Source of the DNA: Malacoraja senta
Taxonomy: Eukaryota
Direction: 5' to 3'
NCBI GenBank assembly: GCA_038087875.1
Contig: CM075994.1
Span: 11,348,001 to 11,412,000 of the forward strand
DNA length: 64,000 bases
Each line of letters begins with the position of its first letter. The stretch's first letter is position 1. A program made the translations under genes and the position numbers. Of the stretch, positions 24,499 to 37,289 are shown piece by piece. Under the pieces are notes generated by a model. That model did not search any database and was not told the DNA's origin. It was given only the letters and a program-made list of their open reading frames with translations.

Positions 24499-25978
24499 CA
24501 TTCTTAAGTCTAAACTGATCAGCACACCCACGCTCAAGTTCTTTGACCTGCAGCGTCCCATTGTCCTCACCTGCGACGCCTCTCAATTCGGACTCGGAGC
24601 CGCCTGCCTCCAGGTCCATGACGGCCTGCAGCTACCTGTCTCCTTCGCGTCCCGCACCATGACCGCCACCGAACAGCACTACGCGCAGATTGAGAAGGAG
24701 CTACTGGCCGTGGTGTTTGCCTGCTCCAAATTCCGGGACTACATCGTGGGCAACACTTTCACCGTTGAAACTGACCATCAACCACTTGTCACCATCCTCA
24801 ACAAACCGATCCATGTGGCCTCATCACGTCTGCAGCGCATGCTGCTTCAGCTCCAGCGTTTCACGTTCACGGTGGTTTATCGTAAGGGCAAGGACATGTT
24901 CGTAGCCGACACGTTGTCTCGCGCCCCGCTGACGTCCACTGCTCGCCACCAATACGAAATGTCTGAGTTACTGGTACTACGATTGAACTTCGTCCCCTCG
25001 CCACAGCTGAAGTCCCTGGTTGAACACAGTACCAACGACCCTGCCCTGCAACAGCTGTCTGCCGTCATCCGGCAGGGCTGGCCTGACCGTCGCTCGGCAC
25101 TGCCGGCTGGAGCCGTGCCCTACTTCCTGATTCGGGACGAGCTCGTACTGCACGACGGCGTGGTGGTGAAGGGTCACAAAGTGGTCGTGCCCGCGGCGCT
25201 GCACGACCAATATTTTCAAGTCGCACACCGCGGTCACACTGGGGCCGAAGCCACTGTGTCTCTCGCCAAGAGCCAGTTCTATTGGCCGGATATGGCCAGG
25301 TACATCCGGGAGAGGGTCTCCTCGTGTTCCACCTGCAACAGCCGCGCCCCCCATCAGCAGCGTCAGCCGCTTCTACAGCAGCCCGCGCCCGGACTGCCCT
25401 GGATGGCGCTCGCCACAGACATTTTCGAGTGGCGGGGCAAACATTTCCTGGTACTCGTTGACTCCTACTCCAGCTGGTTTGTGGTTGACCGGCTGCCTTC
25501 CGTGACCTCTTCGGCCGTCATCGACAGGTTGTACCCTCACTTTAGCACTTTTGGCCCCCCGGCAAGCTTGCAGTCGGACAATGGCAGCCAGTTCACGAGC
25601 TCCGAGTTTAAAGCGTTCGCTTCCAGATGGAACTTTCGCCATTTCACCAGCAGCCCGGAGTACCCGCAAAGCAACGGTTTGGCCGAGCGCGCGGTCCGCA
25701 GTGCTAAGCACTTGTTGGAACAGTGTGATGGCATTAACTCCGACTTCCACCTGGCCCTCCTCAGCCTTCGGAACATTTCCCGCGACTCTGCCATGGGTTC
25801 ACCTGCTCAGCGGCTCCTGTCTCGCGCTACCAGACTCCCGCTCCCTGTGGCCCAGCCCTCCCTCATACCCTCGATCCTCCCACCTGCGGCGGTTCAGAAA
25901 CGCATTGCCTTCAGGCACGACGTCTTGTCAAACCGCCTGACCGCTATGGCGATGTTGCTTAGCTATCCTAGCGCATGA
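24480..25978 (+). CDS. Gypsy RNase H-integrase (continuation after frameshift; C-terminus deleted)
   Basis: TCDASQFGLGA, YAQIEKELLA, TDHQPL, ADTLSR, HHCC zinc finger, and D..D(35)E (ATDIF, SDNGSQF, NGLAERAV). Confidence 0.92.
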
Positions 25979-27849
25979 GCCGTGGTCGCCATGTCACCAT
26001 TGTATTTGCCTGTCGTTTCGGAGAGGAAGGATGTAGATGAGATATGCATGTGCCTTTAACATAGTGACCTCATACCTACTAACCACTCCCCATATCACAA
26101 GTATAACTACAACCTCCCCACCCACAGATCGCTCTCTAGTTCCTGTGACAGACCACGTACAGCTAGTGCAATGTATAATGATCCAGTATGAATAAAGATA
26201 GTAAAGTAACGATGCCTCGTTATCAATCCTTTACAGGTGGTAAGCAGGGAAACCGTTTCGGTCGCCTCCTCCACGGAGAGGCGACTTTTTCCAGCTCGCC
26301 TCCCCCGTGGCCTAACATCGAGGATTGGGCGGCCTTTCCCGGAGACGCGCCCGGGGCTTCAGGGGCGGGCGCAGCGCGGGCGGCGTGAGCGCTCCGTTAC
26401 GCTGGCCTGCGGCAGCCGGCAGCCTGAAGTCGCGGTCTGCAGAGCTCCAGCTGGCGGCGTGCGGAGCCTGGGATCCCTCGTGGGGACCCGGGAGGAGAAG
26501 AAGCTCTGACCGTCGGCCCGCGGCCAACATCTACCGCGGGCCCGGCGTGGACTTACCATCACCCCTGGAGGGGAGCTCCGACCGCCGGCCCTGCGGTCTG
26601 CGGTGCTTCTGGCTGCGGCGCGGCGGGGACTTTAAATCTTCGTTCCGATAATATGTTCTATGTTGAACTAAAATCCTTTTCCTGTTCCTTCCCCTGCTGT
26701 TTTTTTCTACTTTTCTTAAGACCTCTCTGCTGTGGGTTAGTTGGGGGAACGGCTATAATATAACATATTAAATTGTGGGGTGGCACACTGAGTCAAATAT
26801 AATTGGGATGCAACACTAACACGAGCCTTTGAGCCCATCAAGTACACATAAAATTTGCACATACGAGGAATTGCGGATGCGATATTACCAAAAAAAGATA
26901 CAATGTATCGGAATATGTTAGATGGTCAGACAACGTCTCCGGATGACTTCTTCCTCTTGCGTTTGAGTCAGCAGAAGTCCGCAGCAGGGTGATGCCATCC
27001 GGTTTGACATCCAGAGATGCCCGCCCCAAAAAGGGCGCATGCTCCGGGTTGGCGCCAAGCTGCGGCGGTGCTGCTGTCTCTGCTTATTGTCGTTCGCCCG
27101 GCTGAGGTCAGTTGCCAGGGCTCACCACGGGCAGGTCCGGATGACATTGATATGCGACGTTTCTGGAGGGAGTGCTTCTTCACCGAGTACGTAACGAATA
27201 TGAATTATTGTTTACATTAACCAAAACAAATTACCATTCCCTGATTCTCATCAAAATCACCTCTTGATCCAAATAGACCTTATCACTGCCTAGACAGCAG
27301 AGGCAACTTACAGTTGCCAATCAACCTATTAACTCACACATTCTTGGAATGTTGGAGAGAAAGAGTGCACCGAGAGGAAACCATGCGCTGACAGGGGAAT
27401 GTGCAAACTTCACACAGAGACCCGGATTAAGCAATGGTCTCTGACTCTGAAAATCAGTGACTCTGCCTTCTGCGCTATTGGGATGTCAGCTGTTAAACCG
27501 TGTTAACCAAATTAGCTTGCAAAGAAACTGATTAAAATCATTCCAAGAAGCTGATCCCCGCGCTACTGCTTGAACATTACTGAAATAATGGCCAGCGTGG
27601 CATTAAAACCAACTATAATCTCGGCGTTTCACGTAATTATGAAATATGAGGGAAGGAACGGATGGGTGGAGCTGACATCCAAAATCAGACATCATCCTGA
27701 TGAATAGACAAGCAGCCAGATGGCCGACTCTTGCTTTTAATATTCACCATGCTGAGTTGATTGCATGGAAAATTACTCCTGCCGTGAGAAATATTCCGGT
27801 CATTTGAAGAGCTCAATTTTGCTGCTCCTTTGAAATATTCTGACGTACA

Positions 27850-28225
27850 CTCTGGGATTTAGAAGGATAAGAGAGGATTTAATTGAAGCATATAAGATTA
27901 TTAAGGGTTTGGACATGCTAGAGACGCGAAATGTTCCCGATATTGGGTGTCCAGAGCCAGGGGCCACACCTTAAGAATAAGGCGTAAGCCATTTGGAACG
28001 TGTGGAAATACTTTTTCACACAGAGAGTTGTGAGTCTGTGGAATTCTCTGCCTCAGAGGGCGGTTGAGGCCGGTGCTCTGGATACTTTCAAGAGAGAGCT
28101 AGACAGGGCTCTTAAAGATAGGGGATATGGGGAGACGGCAGCAACGGGGTACGGATTGGCTATGATCAGCCATGATCACATTGAATGGCGGTTCTGGCTC
28201 GAAGGGCCGATTGGCTATTGTCTAT
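27850..28225 (+). mobile_element. CR1 LINE 3' fragment
   Basis: FFTQRVVSLWNSLPQRAVEA plus tail ggctcgaagggccga. Confidence 0.85.
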
Positions 28226-28624
28226 TGTATTTTGTCTATTCAGAGGTTATTAAGGATACAATGGGTAATCCACACAAAGCGGCGGGACAAATCACAGACC
28301 TTGGAGAAGGTACTACATGATTGCCTGATCATCTTCTCGCCACCGTAAATGCATTCGCAGTGCATTGATCACAACAGGTTTCAACATTGAAGTTGTAGAC
28401 ACATCCAAATTGTCTCGAATGTTCAAAATAACCCATTTCATCGCAAGATTTGTGCATGTAACAAATATGGGGAACAAGACACATATGGATAAATTGTCTC
28501 TTAACAAATTAATTTTATTGCATAGGTTTGACCTATTCCGTTCAAACCAATACAGAATTGAGATCATTGGTACATTACTGTAAAATTTCAACAGATCGGG
28601 CAAATTCGCAATTTTAACGGGAGC

Positions 28625-28960
28625 CGTACCTCGCTATCCTCTGTGAATCAGAATGACCAAGAGCTAGAGAACCGCACGAAATCCATAATGTTGTTGATTT
28701 CTACATCTAGCAGTTTCATATTACTTTGGCTGGTATCCACGATTTATTTCGTATACGTAAACGTTACTAATGTTGAATACTGCTTCAGAAAAGATAGGAT
28801 ATATGCTGCAGCTTCTGAACCCGTGCAAAAACACATTTATTTATGCAGTGGTTGAAAGAAAATACAGAACAGTGTTAAAGAACATATTACTGTACTCTTT
28901 TGCGGTCGTCGTCAAATTAATTAAATGTCTCAAGCAGCAGATTGATTGTATAACTGAATT
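28625..28960 (+). pseudogene. GPR139-like GPCR pseudogene, 3' part (ICL3 to TM7/helix 8)
   Basis: DQELENRTKSIMLLISTSSSFILLWL, then a frameshift to GYMLQLLNPCKNTFIYAVV. Confidence 0.8.
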
Positions 28961-29304
28961 AACAGGAAACTGCAACAGATTTGATTTCCACACCTGTGCT
29001 TCGTGACAAAAACATCACCAATTTTTTGGCCATTATTGCGACATCGTTTTTTGATTCTTCATCGGCACGGCGGCGCATCGGAGGGTTGCTGCCTTGCAGC
29101 GCCGGAGACCCGGGTTCTTTCCTGTCTACGGGCACTGTCTGTACGGAGTTTGTACTTTTCCCCCGTGACCGTGTGGGTTTTCCGGAGATCTTCGGTTTCC
29201 CCGCACACACCAGAGACGTACAGGTTTGAAGTTAATTGGCTCGCTATAAATATAAATTGTCCCTAGTGTGTGTGGGATGGAGTTAATGTTCGGATCGGCC
29301 TCGT

Positions 29305-30310
29305 TGAGTGAAGTGCCTTGGAGAGGTAAAGCGTGAGTATTTGGCTCAGGAGCCTTCGGCGAGGAGGCGGCGAGGAGGCTGAGGGGAGGAGGCTACATTT
29401 ATTTAGTTGTGTGTTTAATTTAATTTGAATATTTAAACATAATGGCGTCATAGCAGGAATATTACTGCAGTGCGTTTGCTGCAGGATGTGGGAAGCCAGG
29501 GTGTTACTAATTACTATACCTGTGGAATTGTGTCCAGTTGCTGCTCCTCAATGACCGAGTTAGAGAAATGGAGCAGCAGGTGGATGACCTGCCGTCCATC
29601 CGGAAGACGAACGCTTCCTCGACATGACCGGCGAGACGACGTCAGGCAGAGCCAAAGTGGTGGGTGACTCCATTGTCAGAGGTGCGGACAGGAGATTCTG
29701 TGGCGACAAGCGGGACTCGAGGAAGGTGAGTTCGCTCCATGGTGCCAGGTTTCAAGATGGCTCAGACCGAATTAAGAACATCCTCCTGAGGGAAGATGAG
29801 CAGCCGGAAGTAGTTGTGCATGCACGCAAGAGGAAGGGGGTTCTGCAACGTGAATATAGAGAACTAGGTAGGAGGCTGAAAAGCCGGACTTCCAGGCTGG
29901 TTATCTCTGGGTTGCTTTCCAGTACTTCGTGCTAATGAGGGTAGGAACAGGGAGATAGGGGATCTGAATGTGAGGCTGAGGAGTTGGTGCGGGGAACTGG
30001 GATTTCGTTTTCTAGACCACTGGGATCTCTCTGGGGAAGGCGTGACCTGCACAAAAGGGACATGTTGCACCTTAATTGGAGGGGGACCGACACGCTTATT
30101 GGAATCGTATACAGACCACCAAACAGCAGTAGGGAGGTTGGGGATACCATCAAGTAGAGAATTAGGGATGCGTCTAGCAAAGGTACAGCAGTTATCATGG
30201 GTGACATTAATCTACATAAGGATTGGGGCAACCAAATTGATAGCAGCGCTGAGGAGGAGGATTTCCTGGAATATATACGGCATGGTTTCTTAAACCAATA
30301 TCTAGAAGAA
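29305..30310 (+). mobile_element. CR1 LINE 5' portion (5' UTR, ORF1 zinc finger and SGNH esterase, fragment of ORF2 endonuclease)
   Basis: CCRMWE..CGNC, VVGDSIVRG..EQPEVVVH, then YRPPN..IMGDIN..FLNQY. Confidence 0.8.
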
Positions 30311-30339
30311 GATCTCTACTCGACGATCACCTTTATAAA

Positions 30340-30435
30340 ATAGACACAAAAAGCTGCGGCAACTCAGCGGGACAGGCAGCATCTCTGGAGAGAAGAATGG
30401 GTGACGTTTCGGATCGAGACCCTTCTTCAGACTGG
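30340..30435 (-). ncRNA. Penelope-type repeat carrying a minimal hammerhead-ribozyme motif
   Basis: Minus strand CTGAAGA-agggtctcgatcc-GAAAC-GTC-accc. Confidence 0.55.
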
Positions 30436-30699
30436 TTAGGGTACTGGGGAAAAGTGTTCTTCAATATGCCGGGAGCCATTAAAGACAGTCATAGCACTGC
30501 CTGCGTGATTTTGTTCCTTATTAGTTCGCGAAATAATCTGCAAAGATTATTTTTCAGAATCGGCCATGTGTGTGCGACACGAGAAAAACGAGTAGAGCAC
30601 AACTTCAATCAATCCGCTAATTTCGCACGAAAAACTGTCAAACAAATTCTCCTGGAACAATTAACGTTGTTAATTTTAATTTCGTCCTACTGATAACAC

Positions 30700-31063
30700 C
30701 CAGGCAATCGTCATTCTCTCCCGAGGAAAGTGTGGTCTATCTCTATCCAAAGGTATCACCCGCTATCTGGCATCAATGGCCGTAGCTGATTTAATGGTTT
30801 TAATATTTGATGTAATATTGTACGCGAATAAAGATGGCTATTTTCCTTATTCATTAGTGAAGTTAACTCACATTTCTAGATTAATCCAGACCTTTGTTTT
30901 TATTTACAGTGACTGATCTGTCTGGCTAACGGTGACTTTCACCTTCGATCGGTTTATCGGCATTTGTAATCCGAAGTTACGAACAGAATATTGCACTAAG
31001 AAAATTGCAGCTTTGGTGATAGCAGTGACGTGCATCTTAAGTATTTTTCAAATTATCCCAGTA
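30700..31063 (+). pseudogene. GPR139-like GPCR pseudogene, 5' part of main exon (TM1-TM4), truncated by an insertion
   Basis: AIVILSRGKCGLS..KGITRYLASMAVADLMVLI...D*SVWLTVTFTFDRFIGIC..EYCTKK; absent from the ORF track. Confidence 0.85.
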
Positions 31064-32072
31064 TCTATATTACTAAAACTAAGATCTTGACCACTTCCTG
31101 ACTTCCTGTTTCGTGATTTTAGAAAAAAAACGCCGCCATTCACGGCCGTGATTTTTGGCCACCTCACTCAGAGTTGCCCTCAGCTGTGCTGGACGAGAGG
31201 ATTTTTCCCATCGATGAAAAATCAAAGTATTGTTAATGTTTTAAAAAATCTTGCCATTCTCCATTCTGACCTCGCTGGTGGCAGGGGGAGGGACTATAAA
31301 ACCCGGAAGTATCGTGCCTCACTCAGTCTTTGCGAGATGGAGGAAGCGAGAGGGTCATGTCTCTCTGAGTTGTGAATAACAGTGAACGCATGTTTACTCA
31401 ACGGTGTGATGTGGTTGTAAAATGTTTGCAAAATTGTTTGTCTTGCTTCTAAAATGGTCGCAGAAAATGTATTAGTTGTAAAATGTTTGCAAAATTGTTT
31501 CTCTTGGTTCCAAAAAAAATGTTTGCAGAAAATGTTTGCAACATTTTTTTCTTGATTTTAAAATGCTTGCAACAGTTTTCGGATGGATAAAGCGTGAAGA
31601 AACATTTTATTAGAGCAGGACTGTGTTTAATTGCAAAATTGGCGCACAAACCGTGACCGGCTTAGTGGCAAAATGGCGCTGATGACGTCATTTCCGGTTC
31701 GTGGCAAGGTGGCGCTGAGTGGAGAAGACGCCGTTGAATAATTCAATGGACCTTACTGCTCTGTCTATGGTGAGTGTGTTTGTTGGACGTTATTTAAAGC
31801 ACGTTCTTGCTTCAGTAGCAGCAGCCTCTACAGGAGGCTGTAAACGTTTGAATCATTCAGTTTACACACTGTATGTTTACCACGTTCTGGAGTTACTTGC
31901 CATTTTAGTATTGGTGTGTGTGTGAGTGTGTGATTGCGTGAGTGAGTCTGTGTGTGTCTGTGTGTGAGTCTGTGTGTGTTTGTGCGTGTGTTTGCAGAAA
32001 ATATATTGGTTGTACAATGTTTGCAAAATTGTTTTTCTTGCTTTAAAAAAAAATGTTTGCAGAAAATGTATT
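31064..32072 (+). mobile_element. Probable non-autonomous Helitron, 5' portion
   Basis: Begins A|TCTATATTACTAAAA exactly where the GPCR frame ends; internal aaaatgtttgc repeats and (TG)n. No 3' hairpin-CTAG end found. Confidence 0.55.
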
Positions 32073-35000
32073 TGTAGATTTATGATGCATGTGAACCAAT
32101 CACACTTAGCCAGCATCACTAACTCCACCCTACTATAACATTTATACTAACGCCTATTCCCAGCACCGTCAGTCTGAGCAGCTAGGATGAACTGACAACA
32201 CCTTGTCTTTAAATGCTGCCAAGTTACAGTGCTGATTAAAGATGTGTTTAAACCATATACTGTCTCAGGTGCCTGTTTACATGGCGTCAGAATTGGTCTT
32301 ATCCACTCCTCTTGTATAACGGTTTTTATTTTATCTTTTGTGAGTTTTGCTTTACTTTACGATGGCTTCTTCTTGTCGAAAGCTTGACCCTCTTGTCTTT
32401 GATGCGGATATCAGCGAACGCTGGGCCACGTTTGAAATTGATTACCAGCATTACATGAACATTGTACACCGAAATGAACCAGATGCTGTCAAGGCCTCGC
32501 TCCTGCTCAACCTTGCGGGCCCAGATGCCCTTCGTCGATCCAGTACATTCCGTTATATTCCGGCTATCCGTGATGCCAACGACCAGGTAATTACACCGGC
32601 GGAATCTTCTACTGACCCTAACGTTTTGCTGCGTAAACTAAGCCAGATCTGTGACCTGCCCTCAAATCACATTTTGGACAGGGCAAGGTTTTTCTCTCGT
32701 CGTCAGCTCCCCGGGAAACGAGTTCTCATTTATTTCATCTTTGATGTATTTAGCCCGACGTTGCAGATTCCAGGATATGCCGGTTGATCAGCTGACTGAT
32801 CAGTTAACGAGGGACATTATAGTGAATGGCATTAGTGATCTAAAGCTCAGATCAGAGCTCCTGAGAAGGCCAGATTTAACGCTCGATGATGCTGTTCATG
32901 CATGTAGAACCGCCGAACTTGTCGATCCCATGGACATTTCGCATGAAAGCAAAACCATCAATCTGACGGGCCTCACGAGGGAGCGAACATCAACAGATAA
33001 CAGCCGATTTATGACCCAAGCTAGTCAGGCAGTTCACAGCGGTCCTCCGAAGAGATGTCCTAACTGCGGTTATATACACAACAGACAATCAGCCTGCCCC
33101 GCCCTCGGGAAGGCTTGCAATTACTGCAAAAAGCGAAATCACTTTGCCTCAGTCTGTCGGGCTGCAATTAGGGCCCGAGGAAAGAACGCGCCCATGCCCA
33201 AGTCTAATCTCAATTTTTTGCAACGAGACAGCAACACACTGCCTCCTCATTTCCAGCCCGAAACCGACCCAGAATACAGACCAATTAACTCGCGAGACGA
33301 CCCGACTGTTTACATGTTACAGCATGCTGCTGCCAAGAATTCTGATCCTACAGTGACGATATCTATAAACAAAGTTGCTTTTGGCGCGAAATTAGATACG
33401 GGCGAGAAAGTCAACACTCTGTCAATCAACCTCTTTATCAAGATTAGAGCTAGCGAGCCACTTGTCAAGGACACATCCACTTTACATGCTTTTGGAGTGG
33501 AGGTGCTGGTTCCCCTGGGCAAAACAAACTTGAAATGTGTACTAAAGAAAACAACGAGGGAATCGACCTTCTATGTGTTGAACTTTAAGTCAGTTACTCT
33601 GCTTGGCAATCGTGCCTGTCAGGAACTGGGGCTAATTTCGTTTGCAAAACCGTCCACAAACTGCAAGTTTCTTTTGACCAACTGAATGAATTCCCTGAAC
33701 CCTTCGACAACAACCTAGGCAAGTTGCCTGTGTCCTACAAGATTATTCCTGACCCCGATGTGACACCCGTTATCCGACCCCCGCACCGATTGTCATTTGC
33801 CATGACTGACAGGGTTCACTCTATGCTGAACGACATGGCCTCCAAAGACGTAATTGAAGCAGTCAGCGACCCCACCGACTGGGTCTCAACCATGATTGCC
33901 ACAGTCAAGAAGGGAAAGAATGAAATCCGCCTGTGCATTAATCCCAAAGACCTGAACACTGCCATTAAGCGCCCACACCATCCCATGAAGACAGTAGAGG
34001 ATGTAGCGGCAAAGATCGGAACGGCCACCCTATTTTCTGTCCTAGATGCAAAGAACTCATTCTGGCAGATACCGCTGGACAAGAAGTCATCTAGCCTCAC
34101 CACATTTGCCACCCCATTCGGCAGATATAAGTTTCTGAGAATGCCATTCGGGATCAACCCCGCCAGTGAAGTCTTCCAAAGAACTCTGGAGCAATTATTC
34201 GAGGATCTGCCTTTGCCATTATTGTCGACGATATCCTCGTCTATGGGAAAGACGCAGCGGAACACGACCACAATCTCAGGCTCATCTTGGAGCGTGCTGT
34301 CAAGATCAACCTCAAGCTCAATCCTGACAAGTGCAAGTTCAGGGTTCCAGTGGTCTCCTATGTCGGCCTCATCTTCATCCATGATGGCCTCAAGTCTGAT
34401 CCGAAGAAAATTACTGCCATCCCAGAAATGCCTGCACCCACAGACGTGAAAGGCCTGCAACGTTTCCTGGGCATTGTAAACTATCTCGGAAAGTTCATTC
34501 CGAACCTCAGCGAACTAAGCTCCACACTGCGGCAGCTGACCAAAAAGGACACTGTATGGTCATGGCTCCAGCAACACCAGGTTGCCTTTGATGTTCTAAA
34601 ATCCAAACTGACCAGTGCACCGACCCTGACTTTTTTCGACCTGAAACGTCCGGTGACGATCGCCTGCGATGCCTAGAAATTCGGGCTCAGCACAGCCTGC
34701 CTGCAACCATCTGACGATGGCACCCTACTACCTGTCGCGTATGCCTCTCGCACAATGACCTGCACGGAGCAGCACTACGCGCAAATCGAAAAGGAACTGC
34801 TGGCTGTCGTCTTTGCCTGCTCCAAATTCCACGACTTCGTCTATGGCAACACGTTCACGGTCGAGACGGACCACAAACCACTGGTGACAATCCTGAACAA
34901 GCCCATCCATGCCGCTCCAGCTCGATTGCAGCGCAGCGGTACGACTTCTCTATTACCGACACAAAGGTAAGGACATGCATGTCGCTGACACACTCTCTCG

Positions 35001-36715
35001 TGCATCTCGAGCATCTTGCGAACAACACCGCCATGCACAGTAGAATTTCACGGTCCTCGGTGTCGATCTCGTCTCCAGTAAGCAACTGCGGACCCTGGCC
35101 GCTCGCACTGCCACTGACGATACGCTTCAAACCCTCTCATCCATCATCAAAACAGGCTGGCCAGGGAAACAATCCGGCACGCCCACAGAGGTGCAGCCGT
35201 TTTTCTTGGTCCGTGATGAACTGGTGGTTCAGGATGGTGTTGTTGTTAAGGGCCACAAGGTAGTGACACCCTCATCGATACGAGACGAATACTTCAAAGA
35301 GGCGCACAGCGGTCACCCTGGAGCCGACTCCACACTGGTACGCGCTCGTGGTCTGTTCTACTGGCCGGGAATGGCCACGTACATCTGGGATCGCATAGCC
35401 TCCTGCCCCACTTGCAACAATCTTGCGCCTCATTAGCAGCGGCAACCCCTTCTGCAACAACCTCCACCAGCACTGCCTTGGTTGTCGCTGGCGGCGGACA
35501 TTTTCGAATGGTACGGAAAGCACTACCTCGTTCTGGTCGGCTCTTTTTCTAACTGGTTTGAACTTGACCAACTGACCTCCCTCACATCTGAGATGGTCAT
35601 CAAGAAGCTGAAACGACACTTCTCCGCCTATGGCGCTCCTGTCATCCTGAGAACCGACAACGGTCCACAGTTCACCAGCCACTTGTTCAAGCTTTTCGCA
35701 GACCGATGGAACTTCCAGCTCGTCACAAGCAGCCCCGAGTATCCACAGAGTAATGGACTCGCTGAACGCGCTGTCAGAAGCGCCAAGCACTTGCTGGAGG
35801 GAGCGCGCATTTCAAAGTCAGACGTCTATCTCGATCTCCTGAAGCTCAGAAACATCGCCAGAGACGGAACCTTGGGATCGCCGGCACAGCGTTTACTGTC
35901 GAGAGTGACGATGTTTCCGGTCCCCATCGCACAACAGCAGCTGGTCCCTCGGGTGCTGAAGCCCACCACTATCCAGAAACGTCTCCATGACATCCAGAAA
36001 TGGTCATACGACAGTTCAAGCAGACCACTACTGCCGGGCCAGGTCGTCCGTCTACGAACTTCAACTGGACATTCCCGTCTGGGCATTGTTGTACGCCCGA
36101 CTGACGAGCCGCGATCCTACCTTGTGGACTGTGAGAGAGCGGTATACCGGAGACGTCGACAACCCCTGCTTGCTGTGAAGGAGCCCCGACCACCACCTGC
36201 TGATCCCTATGCTCCGCCGCTCCAGTTGCAGCCGCCTTTTGCAATCTCCCACCCGTCCCCGCATGCCTTGCACCCCCCCCCCCCCCACGTCCCTCGGTCT
36301 CCACTAACCACATGTTTCCCCTTTCGGTCACCACAAGCCTCTCCCGTGCCATTCTCGCCTCCAGGCTCTCGTCTCATCCTTCAGGTGAGGGAGGGGATGG
36401 TTAGGTCAGCACGCGCTCGGGCCGTGTTAGTAAACCACCAGACAGATATGGCGAGTATGTTTAACTTCATGGTATGTGTGCCCTTTCCACATTTAATCTT
36501 TAGGGGGAAGAATGTAGATTGATGATGGATTTGAACCAATCACACAATTGCCAGCATCACTAACTCCACCCCACTAAAACACATATGCTAACGCTTCTTC
36601 CCGGCACTGCCAGTCTGAGCAGCTAGGTGACAACCTATTGTCCTCAACGCTGCTAAGTTTCAGTGCTGATTAAAGATGTGTTTAAATCATACACTGTTTC
36701 TGGTGCTTGTTTACA
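32073..36715 (+). mobile_element. Ty3/Gypsy (Mag-like) LTR retrotransposon 2; gag-pol frameshifted, LTRs divergent, no TSD
   Basis: LTRs 32073-32281 and 36513-36715; PBS tggcgtcagaa (tRNA-Leu-like); PPT agggggaagaa; gag ATG at 32362; CCHC x2, KLDTG, IVDD, RNase H and integrase TDNGPQF/NGLAERAV. Confidence 0.93.
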
Positions 36716-37289
36716 CGAACGATGAGTGAAATGCGTGGGAATCGACTAATCGCGATCCTGCTACGGAATTTTGTAGTCGAAAATTGTATTTTATTTCCAA
36801 GTGGGAATTTGAAGGTAGGGACAGAGATGCTACACAGAGATTTTAAACTCGGGAGAGCTCTTGGGTCAACTTGCACAGTGGGACAGGGCTTGAGGCAGCA
36901 TCTATGGAGCGAAGGAAATAGCCAACGTTTCGGGCCGGGTCTGAAGAAGGGTTTCGACCCGAAACGTTGCATATTTCCTTCACTACATAGAGGGGGGGGG
37001 GGTGCATGGAGTCATATAGACTGCGCAATGACAGGGGGGGAATCCCAGTGTGAGAGTGAGTCACCACCTGCGTACAGCGTTCCCACATCCCTCTTCGCCA
37101 CCAAGCAAGGCACACTCCTCTCTCCCCTCCTCCCTCTCCCCCTTCCTCCCCTCGTCCCCCCCCCCCTCTCTAGCGAAGGAGGGAGAGGGAGCGGGAGGGA
37201 GGTAGTGAGAGGGAGATCTAAAGGGTAACTTGTTTTGGTCTCCAATCACCTCACAAAGAGCAGCCAACAGTGGTGGTGAGGCAGAAGGG

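Larger units (their letters stand above)
22019..26235 (+). mobile_element. Ty3/Gypsy (Mag-like) LTR retrotransposon, young, with a 5-bp TSD GGTGG
   Basis: 204-bp TG..CA LTRs at 22019-22222 and 26032-26235 (two differences seen); PBS tggtgcca; PPT ggagaggaagga; GGTGG at 22014-22018 and 26236-26240. Confidence 0.96.
21860..26640 (+). mobile_element. Non-autonomous GC-rich interspersed repeat split by the Gypsy (21860-22018 plus 26236-26640)
   Basis: T/G-rich stretch then ggaga.gcgactttt..cctaacatcg; similar layout to 59165-59850 and 40075-40750. Family unclassified. Confidence 0.55.
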
